A DNA stretch of 64,000 nt, from the NCBI GenBank assembly GCA_046347635.1, contig JAXMFT010000003.1, positions 215,551 through 279,550 on the forward strand. Direction: 5' to 3'. Shown here in pieces: positions 63,325-64,000 of this stretch; within the stretch, counting starts at the first letter, position 1, and the number at the start of each line of letters is the position of its first letter. Below the pieces are notes generated by a model. It was not told the DNA's origin. It worked only from the letters and a program-made list of their open reading frames with translations, and did not search any database. This DNA is from Burkholderiales bacterium. GTDB lineage: Bacteria > Pseudomonadota > Gammaproteobacteria > Burkholderiales > SG8-39. A program made the position numbers and the translations under genes.

Positions 63325-64000
63325 CTACGCGCCCGCGATCGTCATGCCCTCGACCAGGATCGAGCCGCAGGTGCGCGAGCCGCGCGTGAGCGCGTCGCCG
63401 CCGATCGCGACGACGTTGCGGAACATGTCGCGCAGGTTACCGGCGATCGTGATCTCCTCCACCGGGTAGCGGATCTCTCCGCCCTCGACCCAGTAGCCGA
63501 ACGCGCCGCGCGAGTAGTCGCCGGTGACCATGTTGATCCCCTGCCCCATCAGCTCGGTGACCAGCAGCCCGGTGCCGAGCTCGCGCAGCATGCCTTCGAA
63601 GTCGCGCGGGCCGGGCGCGAGGACCAGGTTGGCGTTGCCGCCCGCGTTGCCGGTGGACTTCATCCCGAGCTTGCGCGCGGCGTAGACGCCGAGGAAGTAG
63701 CCCTGCAGGACGCCGTCCTTCACCACGTCGCGCGCGTGCGTCGCGACCCCGTCGTCGTCGAAGCAGCCGCTCGCCAGCCCGCGCGGCACGAACGGGTCCT
63801 CGCGCAGGTTCACGATCGGGGCGAACACCTGCGTGCCGAGGCTGTCGAGCAGGAACGAGCTCTTGCGGTAGAGCGCCCCGCCGCTCACCGCGCTCACGAA
63901 GTGCCCGAGCAGCCCGTTCGCGACCGGCGCCTCGAACAGCACCCGCGCCGCGCGCGTGGCGACCCGGCGCGGGCGCAGCCGCGCGAGCGCCCGGCGCCCG
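63325..64000 (-). CDS. pmbA: Metalloprotease PmbA/TldE, C-terminal part (5' end beyond the right edge)
   Basis: VTELMGQGINMVTGDYSRGAFGYWVEGGEIRYPVEEITIAGNLRDMF...CGSILVEGMTIAGA is typical of the PmbA C-terminus. The reading frame is open to the window edge. Confidence 0.8.
   Translation of the reverse strand, partial: GRRALARLRPRRVATRAARVLFEAPVANGLLGHFVSAVSGGALYRKSSFLLDSLGTQVFAPIVNLREDPFVPRGLASGCFDDDGVATHARDVVKDGVLQGYFLGVYAARKLGMKSTGNAGGNANLVLAPGPRDFEGMLRELGTGLLVTELMGQGINMVTGDYSRGAFGYWVEGGEIRYPVEEITIAGNLRDMFRNVVAIGGDALTRGSRTCGSILVEGMTIAGA

Noticed and set aside
61290-63469. Large overlapping ORFs 61290..63131 (minus strand, 613 aa) and 61820..63469 (plus strand, 549 aa)
   Set aside because: Both overlap the 573-aa TPR/OGT-like frame, which has recognisable TPR repeats and a GT41-like C-terminus. 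The alternatives are Arg/Ala/Gly/Pro-rich.

Overview
High-GC proteobacterial chromosomal segment. The gene content (glyA-nrdR-ribD-ribE array, phasin, form-II cox genes, many GGDEF/EAL sensors) resembles Betaproteobacteria, but this is an impression, not a computed assignment. I can support about 55 protein-coding genes. I found no tRNA/rRNA genes, no CRISPR array, and no transposase or integrase. Many very long ORFs in the six-frame track are Arg/Ala/Gly/Pro-rich antisense or off-frame artefacts of the high GC content, and I rejected or trimmed them.

Layout:
- 0-23 kb: mostly housekeeping and sensory genes (GGDEF sensor, gluQ, DMT permeases, phasin, hrpA, ribE/ribD/nrdR/glyA, dehydratase, phosphatases, M61 peptidase with its LysR regulator).
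- 23-29 kb: xdhC/mocA-like maturation genes and a form-II coxS-coxL-coxM operon.
- 28.8-52.1 kb: an accessory cluster, described below.
- 52-56 kb: the cox accessory genes (MoxR/CoxD-like, VWA/CoxE-like, CoxG-like), separated from coxSLM by the cluster.
- 56-64 kb: hydrolase, signal-peptide methyltransferase, PAS-GAF-GGDEF-EAL sensor, TPR/OGT-like protein, and a partial pmbA.

The most interesting region is the accessory cluster. It holds four tandem QueG/RdhA-superfamily Fe-S paralogs in an alternating A-B-A-B array, plus a fifth full-length RdhA homolog with no Tat signal and no RdhB. It also holds four acyl-CoA ligases (one with an unusual ~125-aa N-terminal extension), two paralogous TetR regulators with a shared AACGATC operator-like motif, a 7Fe ferredoxin, and a TRAP transporter. 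The cluster ends with a ligase, a hotdog thioesterase, and a Tat-less molybdopterin oxidoreductase whose Fe-S subunit is fused to its membrane anchor. I propose it is an uncharacterised organic-acid/CoA-ester transformation system. Its substrate and chemistry cannot be determined from sequence alone.
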